IMG/VR virus record: IMGVR_UViG_3300027749_000049
Location: 64,005 to 128,004 of that record
Length of the DNA: 64,000 nt
Source of the DNA: a virus
Direction: 5' to 3' (one strand)
Shown: positions 10,129-18,735 of the stretch, one piece after another
Position numbering within the stretch: the first letter of the stretch is position 1
Layout of the letters: each line of letters opens with the position of its first letter
Position numbers and translations under genes: made by a program
The notes under the pieces: generated by a model
What the model was told of the DNA's origin: nothing
The model's input: only the letters and a program-made list of their open reading frames with translations
The model's database searches: none

Positions 10129-10548
10129 ATGGCAACAAGAAGCAGAATCGCAATTGAAAATTCAGACAAGACAGTATCAAGTATTTACTGCCACAGTGAC
10201 GGCTACCCTGAAGGAGTCGGTCAAACCCTAATGTCTTTCTATCAAGACAGAACAAAAGTTGAAGAGCTAATCGCTCTTGGCGATCTTAGTATCTTGGGAG
10301 CCCGAACAGCCCCAACCCCAGGTACTCCGCATTCGTTTGATGGAGAACGAGAAAAAGGAGTAACAGTAGCCTACCACCGGGACCGAGGTGAAGATCTCCC
10401 TAGTCCCAGACTTGATGCCGGGTTAGCGGTATTCAACGAGTCAGACGTTGAACAATACGGATACGTATTTACTCTTGACGGAGAATGGTACATGGTAGAA
10501 AACGGTACCGATTTTAGAGAATTAGTACCACTATCTGAAATATTATAA
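10129..10548 (+). CDS. Conserved phage early protein
   Basis: MATRSRIAI...SIYCHSDGYPEGVG family motif. Confidence 0.8.
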   Translation: MATRSRIAIENSDKTVSSIYCHSDGYPEGVGQTLMSFYQDRTKVEELIALGDLSILGARTAPTPGTPHSFDGEREKGVTVAYHRDRGEDLPSPRLDAGLAVFNESDVEQYGYVFTLDGEWYMVENGTDFRELVPLSEIL

Positions 10549-10607
10549 AAATAAATTTTTTAGTGTCAAAATAATTAGTTATATTTACAATCTAAAACCA
10601 ATCAATC

Positions 10608-11336
10608 ATGAGCAATAAAAGATTTGAAACAGCAGCCGGTCTGCCACAGTATTTTAAAAGTTTAGATAGGCATTCTAAACCAATCAGTAAAGAAGAAGAG
10701 CATAATCTGGCCAGACGAATTCAGGCTGGAGACGAGACGGCGGTAGATATTTTAGTAACAGCCAATCTTAAGTTCGTTGTAACTCTTGCCAATAAGTTTA
10801 TTGGTATGGGCTTATCAATTGAAGACTTAATTCAAGAAGGAAATGCTGGTCTTATCGAAGCTGCTCGTAAGTTTACAGCAGATAAGAATGTAAAGTTTAT
10901 AACCTATGCCCAATTCTGGATTCGCAAAAGATTAAATCTTTCTCTTTGCGAGTATGGAAGAACAGTTAGGATTCCGGTAAATCAGGAATACGATCTATAC
11001 AAACGCAAGATGGCAGGTGAATCAATTAACCTTACTAATATTGCACTAGATCGCCCAATCGGCGAGGATGGAGACAATACGCTAGGTGATCTTATCTTAA
11101 GAACAGAAGCAGTTGATCCATTTGAATCACAGGAAACTACACAGTTTATTAATCGATTACTCTGCAAGTTAAAGGTAACCGATAGAGAAATTGTAGAATT
11201 ATTCTATGGTCTAGTAGGCGATGGCTTATCTACAAAAGAAATCGCTGCTCAAGTCGGTAAAACTCCAGCGGAAGTTAATCGTTCTCTTAAAGTTGCTAGA
11301 GCTCAAATGAGAAAGGAGGTTGTATGCAAACGCTAA
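10608..11336 (+). CDS. Second RNA polymerase sigma70 factor
   Basis: ANLKFVVTLANKF...EDLIQEGNAGLIEAARKF...KFITYAQFWIRK; region 4 HTH. Confidence 0.9.
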   Translation: MSNKRFETAAGLPQYFKSLDRHSKPISKEEEHNLARRIQAGDETAVDILVTANLKFVVTLANKFIGMGLSIEDLIQEGNAGLIEAARKFTADKNVKFITYAQFWIRKRLNLSLCEYGRTVRIPVNQEYDLYKRKMAGESINLTNIALDRPIGEDGDNTLGDLILRTEAVDPFESQETTQFINRLLCKLKVTDREIVELFYGLVGDGLSTKEIAAQVGKTPAEVNRSLKVARAQMRKEVVCKR

Positions 11337-11539
11337 CTCATGCAAGTACAATGGCCGAAATGGCGGTAGATATTTTATTCTCGGAAGGAGACCCATTCAG
11401 AGGTAAAGTAGACAGACTTAAATTATACGATGCAATTCGTCAAGCCACATTGAAGAAATTAGTTATTGAAGACCATGATATTCTAGATGAGGAAGAATTC
11501 CAGGAATGCCTAAAGGTTTCTAAAATAGAAAATTGTTAA
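11324..11539 (+). CDS. Hypothetical protein
   Basis: Overlaps the sigma stop codon. Confidence 0.6.
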   Translation: MQTLTHASTMAEMAVDILFSEGDPFRGKVDRLKLYDAIRQATLKKLVIEDHDILDEEEFQECLKVSKIENC

Positions 11540-12021
11540 TAACTTTTGAAAAATAAGTCCCCAACCATTTTTTTGTTTGGGGATTTTTTGTTATATTTGC
11601 TCTATATTAATCAATTAACCCCAATAGACAATGAAAAAGCCAAAGACTGCCCCAAAGAAATTACTCAAACAACTAGAGTATTTTAAACAAACTGCCGATT
11701 TCTTCCGAAATGCAACAGGAACCCAGAACGATTTGGATAATGCTGCACAATACGATCGATGGGCTGATGGTGTACAGAAACAAATAGATGATATTATTAA
11801 TTCTTAATCCAATATCCTATGAAAATCTTAAGCATTATAAATAATGAATTCGTAGAAATCCTATGGATTGACGATTCAGAAATAGAGTTAATTCCTATTC
11901 AAGAGTTTATTGATATCCATGGGGTTGAGAAGTTAGAAGCCTTTAAAAATAAGGCCTAATCTTTTGACCCCAATTAGGTATAATAATACTAGCAGAAATA
12001 GGAAAATAAATAATAGAAACC

Positions 12022-12285
12022 ATGGCAGACTTAAATCAATACTCGCGAATCTTATTGGATCTTATCCATCTTAGACAGACTGATTACGATGCCTTCATGA
12101 ATAGACTTTATGAAGCCCTAACCGGCGAGTTTAAAGATGCTCTTTACGATAAGAGCCCAATTGAAGAGAAATCTCAAGCAGTTTGGAGCATGATAAAACA
12201 TTTTGAAAAACAGGAAGAATTTGAGAAATGCGCAAGTCTCAAGAAGATGATAGAAGAAATTGACCATAAACCCCTTAACAAATAA
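12022..12285 (+). CDS. Hypothetical protein with UVR-like motif
   Basis: FEKQEEFEKCASLKK. Confidence 0.65.
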   Translation: MADLNQYSRILLDLIHLRQTDYDAFMNRLYEALTGEFKDALYDKSPIEEKSQAVWSMIKHFEKQEEFEKCASLKKMIEEIDHKPLNK

Positions 12286-12356
12286 GACTATGTGTATACT
12301 CGCAGGAATCCTAGTAATTGTAGCACTCATTGCTCAATTTAAAATAAAAGACTAAT

Positions 12357-12656
12357 ATGGCAGCTTCATTAATTAAAATCGTAACCTCAACCTCAATTCG
12401 AGAGTTTACGCCAGCAGCAGTAGTAAAGATTGAATACCAGATTGGAGCAAGCAAACTAGATATTGTGTTGCACGGCTTGGTTGTTGTAACACTACAATTA
12501 CAGTCAGCAGCGGAAGCCTTAATCAAGCTAGGCCAGCTCGAGACTGCCATGAATTCTGGAACTGGGATTGCAACAATAACTGAGACGCCAACTGTTACAA
12601 CTACAACTGTTGCTCCAACAACTACCACTACTACATTAGGTTGGCCTCCCGGTTAA
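12357..12656 (+). CDS. Hypothetical protein with Thr-rich tail
   Basis: TPTVTTTTVAPTTTTTT. Confidence 0.6.
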   Translation: MAASLIKIVTSTSIREFTPAAVVKIEYQIGASKLDIVLHGLVVVTLQLQSAAEALIKLGQLETAMNSGTGIATITETPTVTTTTVAPTTTTTTLGWPPG

Positions 12657-12748
12657 TAACTTTGTTAATAACTTTTGGGAAATAAATTTTTTAGTGTCAA
12701 AAAGATTTGTTATATTTGTATTCTAAACCAATCTAAAAACAATCAACC

Positions 12749-13132
12749 ATGACAAAATTATTTTTAATTCGCTTCGGCCAAACTCCAAGTCCAATCGTAT
12801 CGCAAGCATTAGCTCCGCATATCGTTGGTAAAGCATCAGCACTTCCAATTCCTGGTGCAGTACTATCCATCTTCAATACTGAGTCATCAATAGAAGATGT
12901 GAGAGCATCCATTGAAGAAACTGGTGCATTCTTTATCTTAACGGATAATGCAGAATTAGTATTACCTCAACCACTAATGGCGGAAATTGAAAAGGTTTTC
13001 CCAAGTGGAGCTCAACCCGTAAAGGAGGATAAAACTTTAACGATGGATGATATCCTTGACCTAATAAGTCAAAATGGAATTGAGTCACTTACTCCATCTC
13101 AACTCCAAATCTTAAGATCCGGTACTGTATAA
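12749..13132 (+). CDS. Early protein with DUF6576-like C-terminus
   Basis: MDDILDLISQNGIESLTPSQLQIL. Confidence 0.6.
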   Translation: MTKLFLIRFGQTPSPIVSQALAPHIVGKASALPIPGAVLSIFNTESSIEDVRASIEETGAFFILTDNAELVLPQPLMAEIEKVFPSGAQPVKEDKTLTMDDILDLISQNGIESLTPSQLQILRSGTV

Positions 13133-13145
13133 TTAACTGAACACA

Positions 13146-13173
13146 AGACTCTCCTTAATGGAGAGTCTTTTTC
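13146..13173 (+). terminator. Intrinsic terminator
   Basis: AAGACTCTCC TTAAT GGAGAGTCTT TTT. Confidence 0.75.
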
Positions 13174-13204
13174 TCCGTGTTAAATAACCAAAAAGCACCT
13201 AATC

Positions 13205-13420
13205 ATGAATGAGATAGTAAGACTATACTTAGAACAAAACGGTACCGAAACCTGTATCAAAGACCCAGCCGAAATGATCAGACTCTTGAGTTCTGCAACG
13301 GATGATATAGACCTGGATTACCATGACCAGCGCGGACACGCCAAAGCCGGATCAAGTCGAGACCTAATTGGAAAGACTGTTAAGATCGGAGACCACGAAT
13401 TGGAAATACCTCAACACTAA
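13205..13420 (+). CDS. Hypothetical protein
   Basis: ORF track. Confidence 0.6.
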   Translation: MNEIVRLYLEQNGTETCIKDPAEMIRLLSSATDDIDLDYHDQRGHAKAGSSRDLIGKTVKIGDHELEIPQH

Positions 13421-13509
13421 ATTGTTAATAACTTTTCCCAAAATAATAGGACCCAGATTTTTTAGTTTGGGTTTTTTTTGGTATATTAGAATAAATAAAC
13501 AATAAAAAA

Positions 13510-13956
13510 ATGGTAAACCTAAAAAAATTATTAGTAATAATTGCAGCTTGGAATCAAGCAGATCAGGATGAATCTACTTTAGCTGAATTACAATCTTACT
13601 ATGCGGACAAAAATATCCAAGCTCTATCCTTGGAAGATCTGACAAGCCGTACGTCTTTCTTGCCTAATAGCCTTGTGATGACATGCGAAGATGATCCAAG
13701 AGATTCATGTTTTTATACAGAAGATGGAATTCATCTTACTCCAATAGTGATGATAGATGCAAATAGTCAAGAAGAAATAGATCCCAAAGAAGTTCTAACC
13801 GAAGAAGAAGCAGAAGACGAAGGTTACGAATACTACGACTTTGAAACGTTTATGGACCATTTCGAAGGATACGAAAACATACTACTAAACTTTAAAATTA
13901 CTAGAGTCAACAGTATTAAAGAAGGAACTGTACTTCGATTTGACGAATTTATCTAA
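13510..13956 (+). CDS. Acidic hypothetical protein
   Basis: Asp/Glu-rich ORF after promoter cassette. Confidence 0.7.
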   Translation: MVNLKKLLVIIAAWNQADQDESTLAELQSYYADKNIQALSLEDLTSRTSFLPNSLVMTCEDDPRDSCFYTEDGIHLTPIVMIDANSQEEIDPKEVLTEEEAEDEGYEYYDFETFMDHFEGYENILLNFKITRVNSIKEGTVLRFDEFI

Positions 13957-13975
13957 AAACAATTAATCTAGCTAC

Positions 13976-14011
13976 AAAAAGCGGTTCGGAAACGGGCCGC
14001 TTTTTTTTTTT
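13976..14011 (+). terminator. Intrinsic terminator
   Basis: AGCGGTTCG GAAA CGGGCCGCT plus long T tract. Confidence 0.8.
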
Positions 14012-14247
14012 GAAAATAATTGGAAAAAGTTTTTTACTGTCAAGTTTTTGTTTTATATTAGCTTTGTAATTAATTTTACTACGGTTCGCTGAACAAGCGC
14101 AGAGGGTAGACTCCGACCTACGACACTGTGTAAGTTGTTAACACACGATTGTTAATAACTTTATTTAAAAATAATTCACAAATAATTTTTTAGTGTCAAA
14201 CCTATTTGTTATATTTGCTCTATATTAATCAATTAAAAAAATCAACT

Positions 14248-14505
14248 ATGGCAAATTCAATGCAACCAATCAACGCTCAAATTCTTAGGTCAGAGTTAAA
14301 TCAGCGTATCGTAAAATTCTTTTTTGTAAAGAAAGACGGCAGCCTCAGAGAGGTACATGGTACAACCAAACTTGCGCACGTTCCTGCGGACAAACATCCA
14401 CAAGGAGTACGTGAAACCCCAGCCAGCGTGATCACCTTCTGGGATCTCTTAGCGGGCGATTGGCGCAGTGCTAAAGTAGAAACACAATTCTTTATTAACG
14501 ACTAA
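14248..14505 (+). CDS. SH3-fold (WYL_2/DUF2693-like) protein
   Basis: VKFFFVKKDGSLREVHGT...FWDLLAGDWRS. Confidence 0.75.
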   Translation: MANSMQPINAQILRSELNQRIVKFFFVKKDGSLREVHGTTKLAHVPADKHPQGVRETPASVITFWDLLAGDWRSAKVETQFFIND

Positions 14506-14524
14506 CCCCCTAAACCTAAATCAC

Positions 14525-14710
14525 ATGGCAACACAAGAAGCAATCAATGAAGCAATTGCCCAATGGGGCGAAGACGCAGTCTATCAAGCAATGGAAGTCG
14601 TAGCGATGTCAGATGCTGACGGAGCTTGGTCAATGTTCGAAGATATGGGCATGTTCGAATGCGCGGAAGTAGTAGAATTTCTTTACTTCGATGGTGCGGC
14701 TGACGACTAA
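14525..14710 (+). CDS. Small acidic protein
   Basis: ORF track. Confidence 0.6.
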   Translation: MATQEAINEAIAQWGEDAVYQAMEVVAMSDADGAWSMFEDMGMFECAEVVEFLYFDGAADD

Positions 14711-14764
14711 AGAATAAATAACTGTAGTACATTAGTAGTAATTAACCAATCAAAAATCAAACTT

Positions 14765-15895
14765 ATGCAAGAGAAAATCGGTAAAAAAGAAATCACAGTC
14801 AGAGACTTTTTCGAGAACCACCATAGTGGTCGAGTTCCTAACTTAACAGTACAACAGCTGTACACGCAGTTCATGACGCAAGGCTCTGATGCTACTGGTA
14901 TATCTTATGGCCTCTTCAATGGAGTAGTTAAGAAACTCCGCTTTGAGACCGGCGACTCCCTAGTCCCGGCTGCAGGTCAAAGTACAATAGCGCGCCCAAC
15001 CTCACAAGACCAGGCGGACTCCGTAGTAACAATAAGCGACGAGCCGGAGATCTTCGAGATTGGATCAATGCAATTCCCTGACTTCAAGAAGTTTACCACA
15101 GGTACAGTGTTTGACCAGTTAATGTCAGATCATGACGAAGAGGGCGGAGTGTTTGCAGGTACAGCCAATATAGTTATTGGAGAGTCAGGAGTTGGTAAGT
15201 CAACTATTACATTAGACCTCTTAGCTAAGATTAAACAGCAGCAACCGGATGCAAAGGTGCTCTATATCTCTAGTGAAATGACACGTAACGACTTGTATTT
15301 CTATTACAAGAAAATGCCAATCATTGAAACTATTCCTACTCTCTTGATTATGGATTACCTACTAGGTCGTTTTGACAGGACCTTGCAAAAAGCAATCAAC
15401 GGCGACTATGACGTAATCTTAATTGACTCTCATCAGGATATTATTGTTAAACTAAAAGATGTCTTAGGCTGGAAGAGTACAAGAGCTGAGACTTGGTTAA
15501 CCAATCTTATTATTGAAGCAGCAGACAAGAAAGGAAAAGCAATCTTTGCAATTCAACACATGACCAAAGGCGGTCAGTATGTTGGTTCAACCTATCTAAA
15601 GCATGCGACAACAAGTATGATGGAAATCCGCAAGGACGAGACTGGTCGCCGATACGCTGAGTTTACAAAGAACCGTCGTGGAGGTAGTCTGGTAGGTAAG
15701 CGCCTTTATTACTCCCTAGTAAACGGAGAGGTTCAATGGGACAAAGACTCATGGAGACAAGAGAATGTTGTTGCTGAACTTGCAGGTCAGGAGTCAGAAC
15801 GCCGCCACCAGTTAGAGGGTCAGTTTAACGATCTTTTCTTGAGTGTTAAACGTCCAAGAACTGAAGAGGAAACTGCTGCTACTGAAGCCGAGTAG
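14765..15895 (+). CDS. RadA/Sms-like RecA-fold ATPase
   Basis: Walker A GESGVGKS, LYISSEM, Walker B ILIDS, HMTKGG, KNRRG. Confidence 0.8.
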   Translation: MQEKIGKKEITVRDFFENHHSGRVPNLTVQQLYTQFMTQGSDATGISYGLFNGVVKKLRFETGDSLVPAAGQSTIARPTSQDQADSVVTISDEPEIFEIGSMQFPDFKKFTTGTVFDQLMSDHDEEGGVFAGTANIVIGESGVGKSTITLDLLAKIKQQQPDAKVLYISSEMTRNDLYFYYKKMPIIETIPTLLIMDYLLGRFDRTLQKAINGDYDVILIDSHQDIIVKLKDVLGWKSTRAETWLTNLIIEAADKKGKAIFAIQHMTKGGQYVGSTYLKHATTSMMEIRKDETGRRYAEFTKNRRGGSLVGKRLYYSLVNGEVQWDKDSWRQENVVAELAGQESERRHQLEGQFNDLFLSVKRPRTEEETAATEAE

Positions 15896-15950
15896 TCGGA
15901 AACTAGTGCACAATTTTTAGTATATTAACCTTATAAAATAAAAAATAGAC

Positions 15951-17069
15951 ATGATAAACCAATCGCAATTCAACCAAGCAAAACAGGAACTTTCAGGATT
16001 AGATCCGTTAGTTAAGAGAGTAAAGCTCTCCGATATTATCTTAAATGATAATTCAATTAAACACAATTCAATTGAGATTGAAGGCTCAAGAGTTCCAGTC
16101 TCAGACAAGTTCTTCAACCGTCTAGGCCAAATGGTAAACCTTAATACTGGGTTAATGGGCAAAATGTCTAAGGTCGGGGACAAGGAGATCGAGACCAAGT
16201 TGTTGCAGTCAGTAAAAGCCTATTCTGAAACCCGCGATGGTGGTAAAGAGTTCTTATTGGTAGGCGACGGTGCAAGCCATCAGGTTACTAATATCGTGCG
16301 AGCTGACAAATACCACAGGTTATCTAACGATACCTTATTCGCGACTGCTGACACTATCCTAAATGAAATTCCGGATATGCATATCGAGTCTATTGACCGT
16401 ACTGGTCCAGGTGGAGTAAGTATTAATCTTATCCATGGCAGCCAAGTTGGTTACGAGAAAATTGGTAAGGACGAGGTATTCCGTTTTGGGATCTCCCTAG
16501 TAAATGGTGCTACATCAAGTCGAGTTGACGATTTCTTCTACCGCCTTGCATGCGCAAACGGTGCAGTTGCTCGTAACTTAAATACAGCATTTGAATTTGG
16601 TAACGGCGACGAAGCCTTCCGTAAATTGCTAGAGCAAATGAGCGGTTGGGCAAAAGCAGGTTTTGTACCACGTACTTTCCAAGACAGACTGGAACGTGCA
16701 ATGGTAACCAAAGCAAGCTATTCGGAAGTTGAAAAAGCCTTGTACTCAGTAACTGGTGCAATCGGCGAAAAGGATTTCGATATGGCTGCCAAGTTGGTAA
16801 AGGGTGCAGAACAACAGTTCTTCCCAGAATACGATGCGGCTACTAAACGTATCTTCCGTGCCGGCCACAATCCACTAAGCTTAACTGATGCTCAAAAGAA
16901 GTTTATCAAAACTGATGCTACGGTTTGGGATGTTGTTAACGAATTAACCTGGATTGGAAGTCATGATACAATCTTTGACCTTAAGAATTCAAAAGGTTTT
17001 AAAGTAGCAGGTGGTAATCTATTCGCTAAGACATGGGATCTAGAACATGCAGGTTTAGCGCAAATCTAA
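15951..17069 (+). CDS. DUF932-like protein
   Basis: GISLVNG...FYRLACANGAV and TVWDVVNELT motifs. Confidence 0.55.
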   Translation: MINQSQFNQAKQELSGLDPLVKRVKLSDIILNDNSIKHNSIEIEGSRVPVSDKFFNRLGQMVNLNTGLMGKMSKVGDKEIETKLLQSVKAYSETRDGGKEFLLVGDGASHQVTNIVRADKYHRLSNDTLFATADTILNEIPDMHIESIDRTGPGGVSINLIHGSQVGYEKIGKDEVFRFGISLVNGATSSRVDDFFYRLACANGAVARNLNTAFEFGNGDEAFRKLLEQMSGWAKAGFVPRTFQDRLERAMVTKASYSEVEKALYSVTGAIGEKDFDMAAKLVKGAEQQFFPEYDAATKRIFRAGHNPLSLTDAQKKFIKTDATVWDVVNELTWIGSHDTIFDLKNSKGFKVAGGNLFAKTWDLEHAGLAQI

Positions 17070-17092
17070 TCCTTATATAATACACACTCTAA

Positions 17093-17122
17093 GAAGGGGT
17101 CCTCAACAGGGACCCCTTTTTT
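17093..17122. terminator. Intrinsic terminator between convergent genes
   Basis: AGGGGTCCT CAACA GGGACCCCT TTTT. Confidence 0.75.
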
Positions 17123-17126
17123 GGGT

Positions 17127-17261
17127 TTAACCTTGACCTACATTGCGCTTAACATAGTACTTACTGTTCTTGCTTACTGATGTCTTCTTTTTAGAGTGGA
17201 CACCAGGTCTGCGACGCTTGGCTTTGGCTACCCGATTGGTTGTGGTTGACTGTTTGGCCAT
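17127..17261 (-). CDS. Small basic protein (44 aa), not in the ORF track
   Basis: MAKQSTTTNRVAKAKRRRPGVHSKKKTSVSKNSKYYVKRNVGQG; convergent on the terminator. Confidence 0.6.
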   Translation of the reverse strand: MAKQSTTTNRVAKAKRRRPGVHSKKKTSVSKNSKYYVKRNVGQG

Positions 17262-17393
17262 TAGTTAAATCTATATTTTTATACTATTTAATCCCAAAAA
17301 CCGTGCAGTCCCGGCGAGGACCCTGGAATCGGCCCCAGGCCATGGGGATTTTCGTCACACAGTACTATCCTCGCCCCGAATATAAATAACCAT

Positions 17394-17795
17394 ATGAAAG
17401 AAGCTTCTACATCAGACATTAGTTTTGTCCGGTTCTGTATTGCAGAATTAGGGATCGAAACAAGTCCCAATATCAGGATAGGCGATGACCACCGTAAGGC
17501 GCAAGAGCACCGAGCTATGGGTTACTATAGTCCAGCAGATAACTTGATCTGGGTGTTACGCGGTAGTCGGGTACCTGCAGACTGGTATCGAACCCTAGCC
17601 CATGAATTGGTCCACTGGCGCCAGCGCGAGCTAGGCCAAGGTTTGGACGGTGCAGACGGTAGCGAAATCGAGAATGAAGCTAACTCTAAAGCAGCAGTAC
17701 TCTTACGGGAATGGGGTAGAAGAGATGAATTAATTTATGTCTTACCTAATGAGGCGCAACCGGCTGACCCCCAAGTAGAGCCTGCGACCCCATAA
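17394..17795 (+). CDS. Zn metallopeptidase-like protein (HExxH)
   Basis: RTLAHELVHWRQ...ENEAN; TATAAATA at 17381-17388. Confidence 0.75.
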   Translation: MKEASTSDISFVRFCIAELGIETSPNIRIGDDHRKAQEHRAMGYYSPADNLIWVLRGSRVPADWYRTLAHELVHWRQRELGQGLDGADGSEIENEANSKAAVLLREWGRRDELIYVLPNEAQPADPQVEPATP

Positions 17796-18411
17796 TCAGG
17801 TAGCTTAAGTCTTCCTTTAACTCTGCCCTGTATTCTTCCTGATACAGGGTTTTTTGTATAACATGCAGTTCAACACCGTGCCAGACCAGGAATCTCTCTA
17901 GAATCTCAGCACCCGCAAACCTGGCCAGCCTGTCCGGGGTCTCAACTATAACCATGCTTATCTGCTTGCGTAACACTAAGTCAAAGATCTTGTCTAGCCC
18001 AGACCTGCCGACTAGGCTACCAGCCTTACCGACCTCCGCAATTACCTGGTCTACCCTGATCCCGGCCGCCGTGCAGTAGGCTAGCACCCGGTCCTGCTGA
18101 GCCTGCAGCCGGGTTCGGGATGAGACGCCGGCCGCGCCCTGGTCCGGAATTCCCGCCGCCCGGCAGTAGACTACGACTTCCCTAGACTGGGGTAGTTTAC
18201 TCCCTAGTAGCTTCAAGAGGTCCTGCTTGTCGTAGTAGATCCGGCCGTTGATCTCGTTCTTCCAGTGTCTTAGGGTACCGGCTTTAACGTAGCGGTCTAG
18301 GGTCTTTAAGGAAATACCTAGGAATTCCGCGGCCCCCTTCTTGTACACGAGCTCGCCGGTTGGGAACTCGGTTAGGGGTCTAGAGTCTGGGGTCTGGGCT
18401 GGTTCCTGCAT
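17746..18411 (-). CDS. IS607 TnpA-like serine recombinase (MerR-type HTH plus resolvase domain), catalytic Ser apparently replaced
   Basis: AAEFLGISLKTLDRY HTH; YCRAAG where YARVS is expected; DRLARF; late promoter GATAAATA at 18417-18424 (minus). Confidence 0.8.
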   Translation of the reverse strand: MQEPAQTPDSRPLTEFPTGELVYKKGAAEFLGISLKTLDRYVKAGTLRHWKNEINGRIYYDKQDLLKLLGSKLPQSREVVVYCRAAGIPDQGAAGVSSRTRLQAQQDRVLAYCTAAGIRVDQVIAEVGKAGSLVGRSGLDKIFDLVLRKQISMVIVETPDRLARFAGAEILERFLVWHGVELHVIQKTLYQEEYRAELKEDLSYLIMGSQALLGGQPVAPH

Positions 18412-18549
18412 GGGGTTATTTATCTACTGCCCGGCCTGCCCGCTTGGACAGCCCCCGGCCCCGGGTCCAGCAGTGTCCATATACTTCTCGAGTCCGGGCC
18501 CCCTCTAGAGCCCGGGAGCCTGCTCGGGTCCGTGGAGGCCGCGGTCGCC

Positions 18550-18735
18550 GTACTCCCTAGTCCCCATGAATGCACAGCTTGTACCCTTTGGGCGGTGGCA
18601 AGCAGGGGTACTCCCTAGTCCCACGGGGCCGGGGTCAGGGCTGGGCTCGGCTGGCCTGGCAGGGGTACTCCCTAGTCCCGAGCCGGGCTGGCCTGGTTGG
18701 GTAGAGCCGGGCTGGCTGCAGGTACTCCCTAGTCC
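18550..18735 (+). repeat. Periodic array of four GTACTCCCTAGTCC copies
   Basis: Starts at 18550, 18608, 18665, 18722 (58, 57, 57 nt), with G-rich non-identical spacers. Confidence 0.9.

Larger units (their letters stand above)
5055..14217 (+). promoter_or_regulatory. Family of early promoter cassettes: TTGTTAATAAC(TT) - TTTTTAGTGTCAAA-like - TATATTT(G/A)
   Basis: TTGTTAATAAC at 5055, 5701, 6926, 8821, 9302, 10041, 11533, 12662, 13422, 14149; TATATTTG/A at 5116, 5740, 6965, 8880, 9362, 10081, 10580, 11592, 12711, 14210, matching the Bacteroidota -7 element TAnnTTTG. Confidence 0.8.
5687..18208 (+). repeat. Dispersed co-oriented motif CTCCCTAGT(CCC)
   Basis: Full 12-mer at 5687, 6188, 10027, 10396, 14956; 9-mer core at 15712, 16493, 18200; same motif as the 18550-18735 array. 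Confidence 0.85.

Noticed and set aside
18550-18735. CRISPR array
   Set aside because: Repeat only about 14-20 nt, spacers low-complexity and partly self-similar, no cas genes in the window, and the same motif is dispersed inside genes
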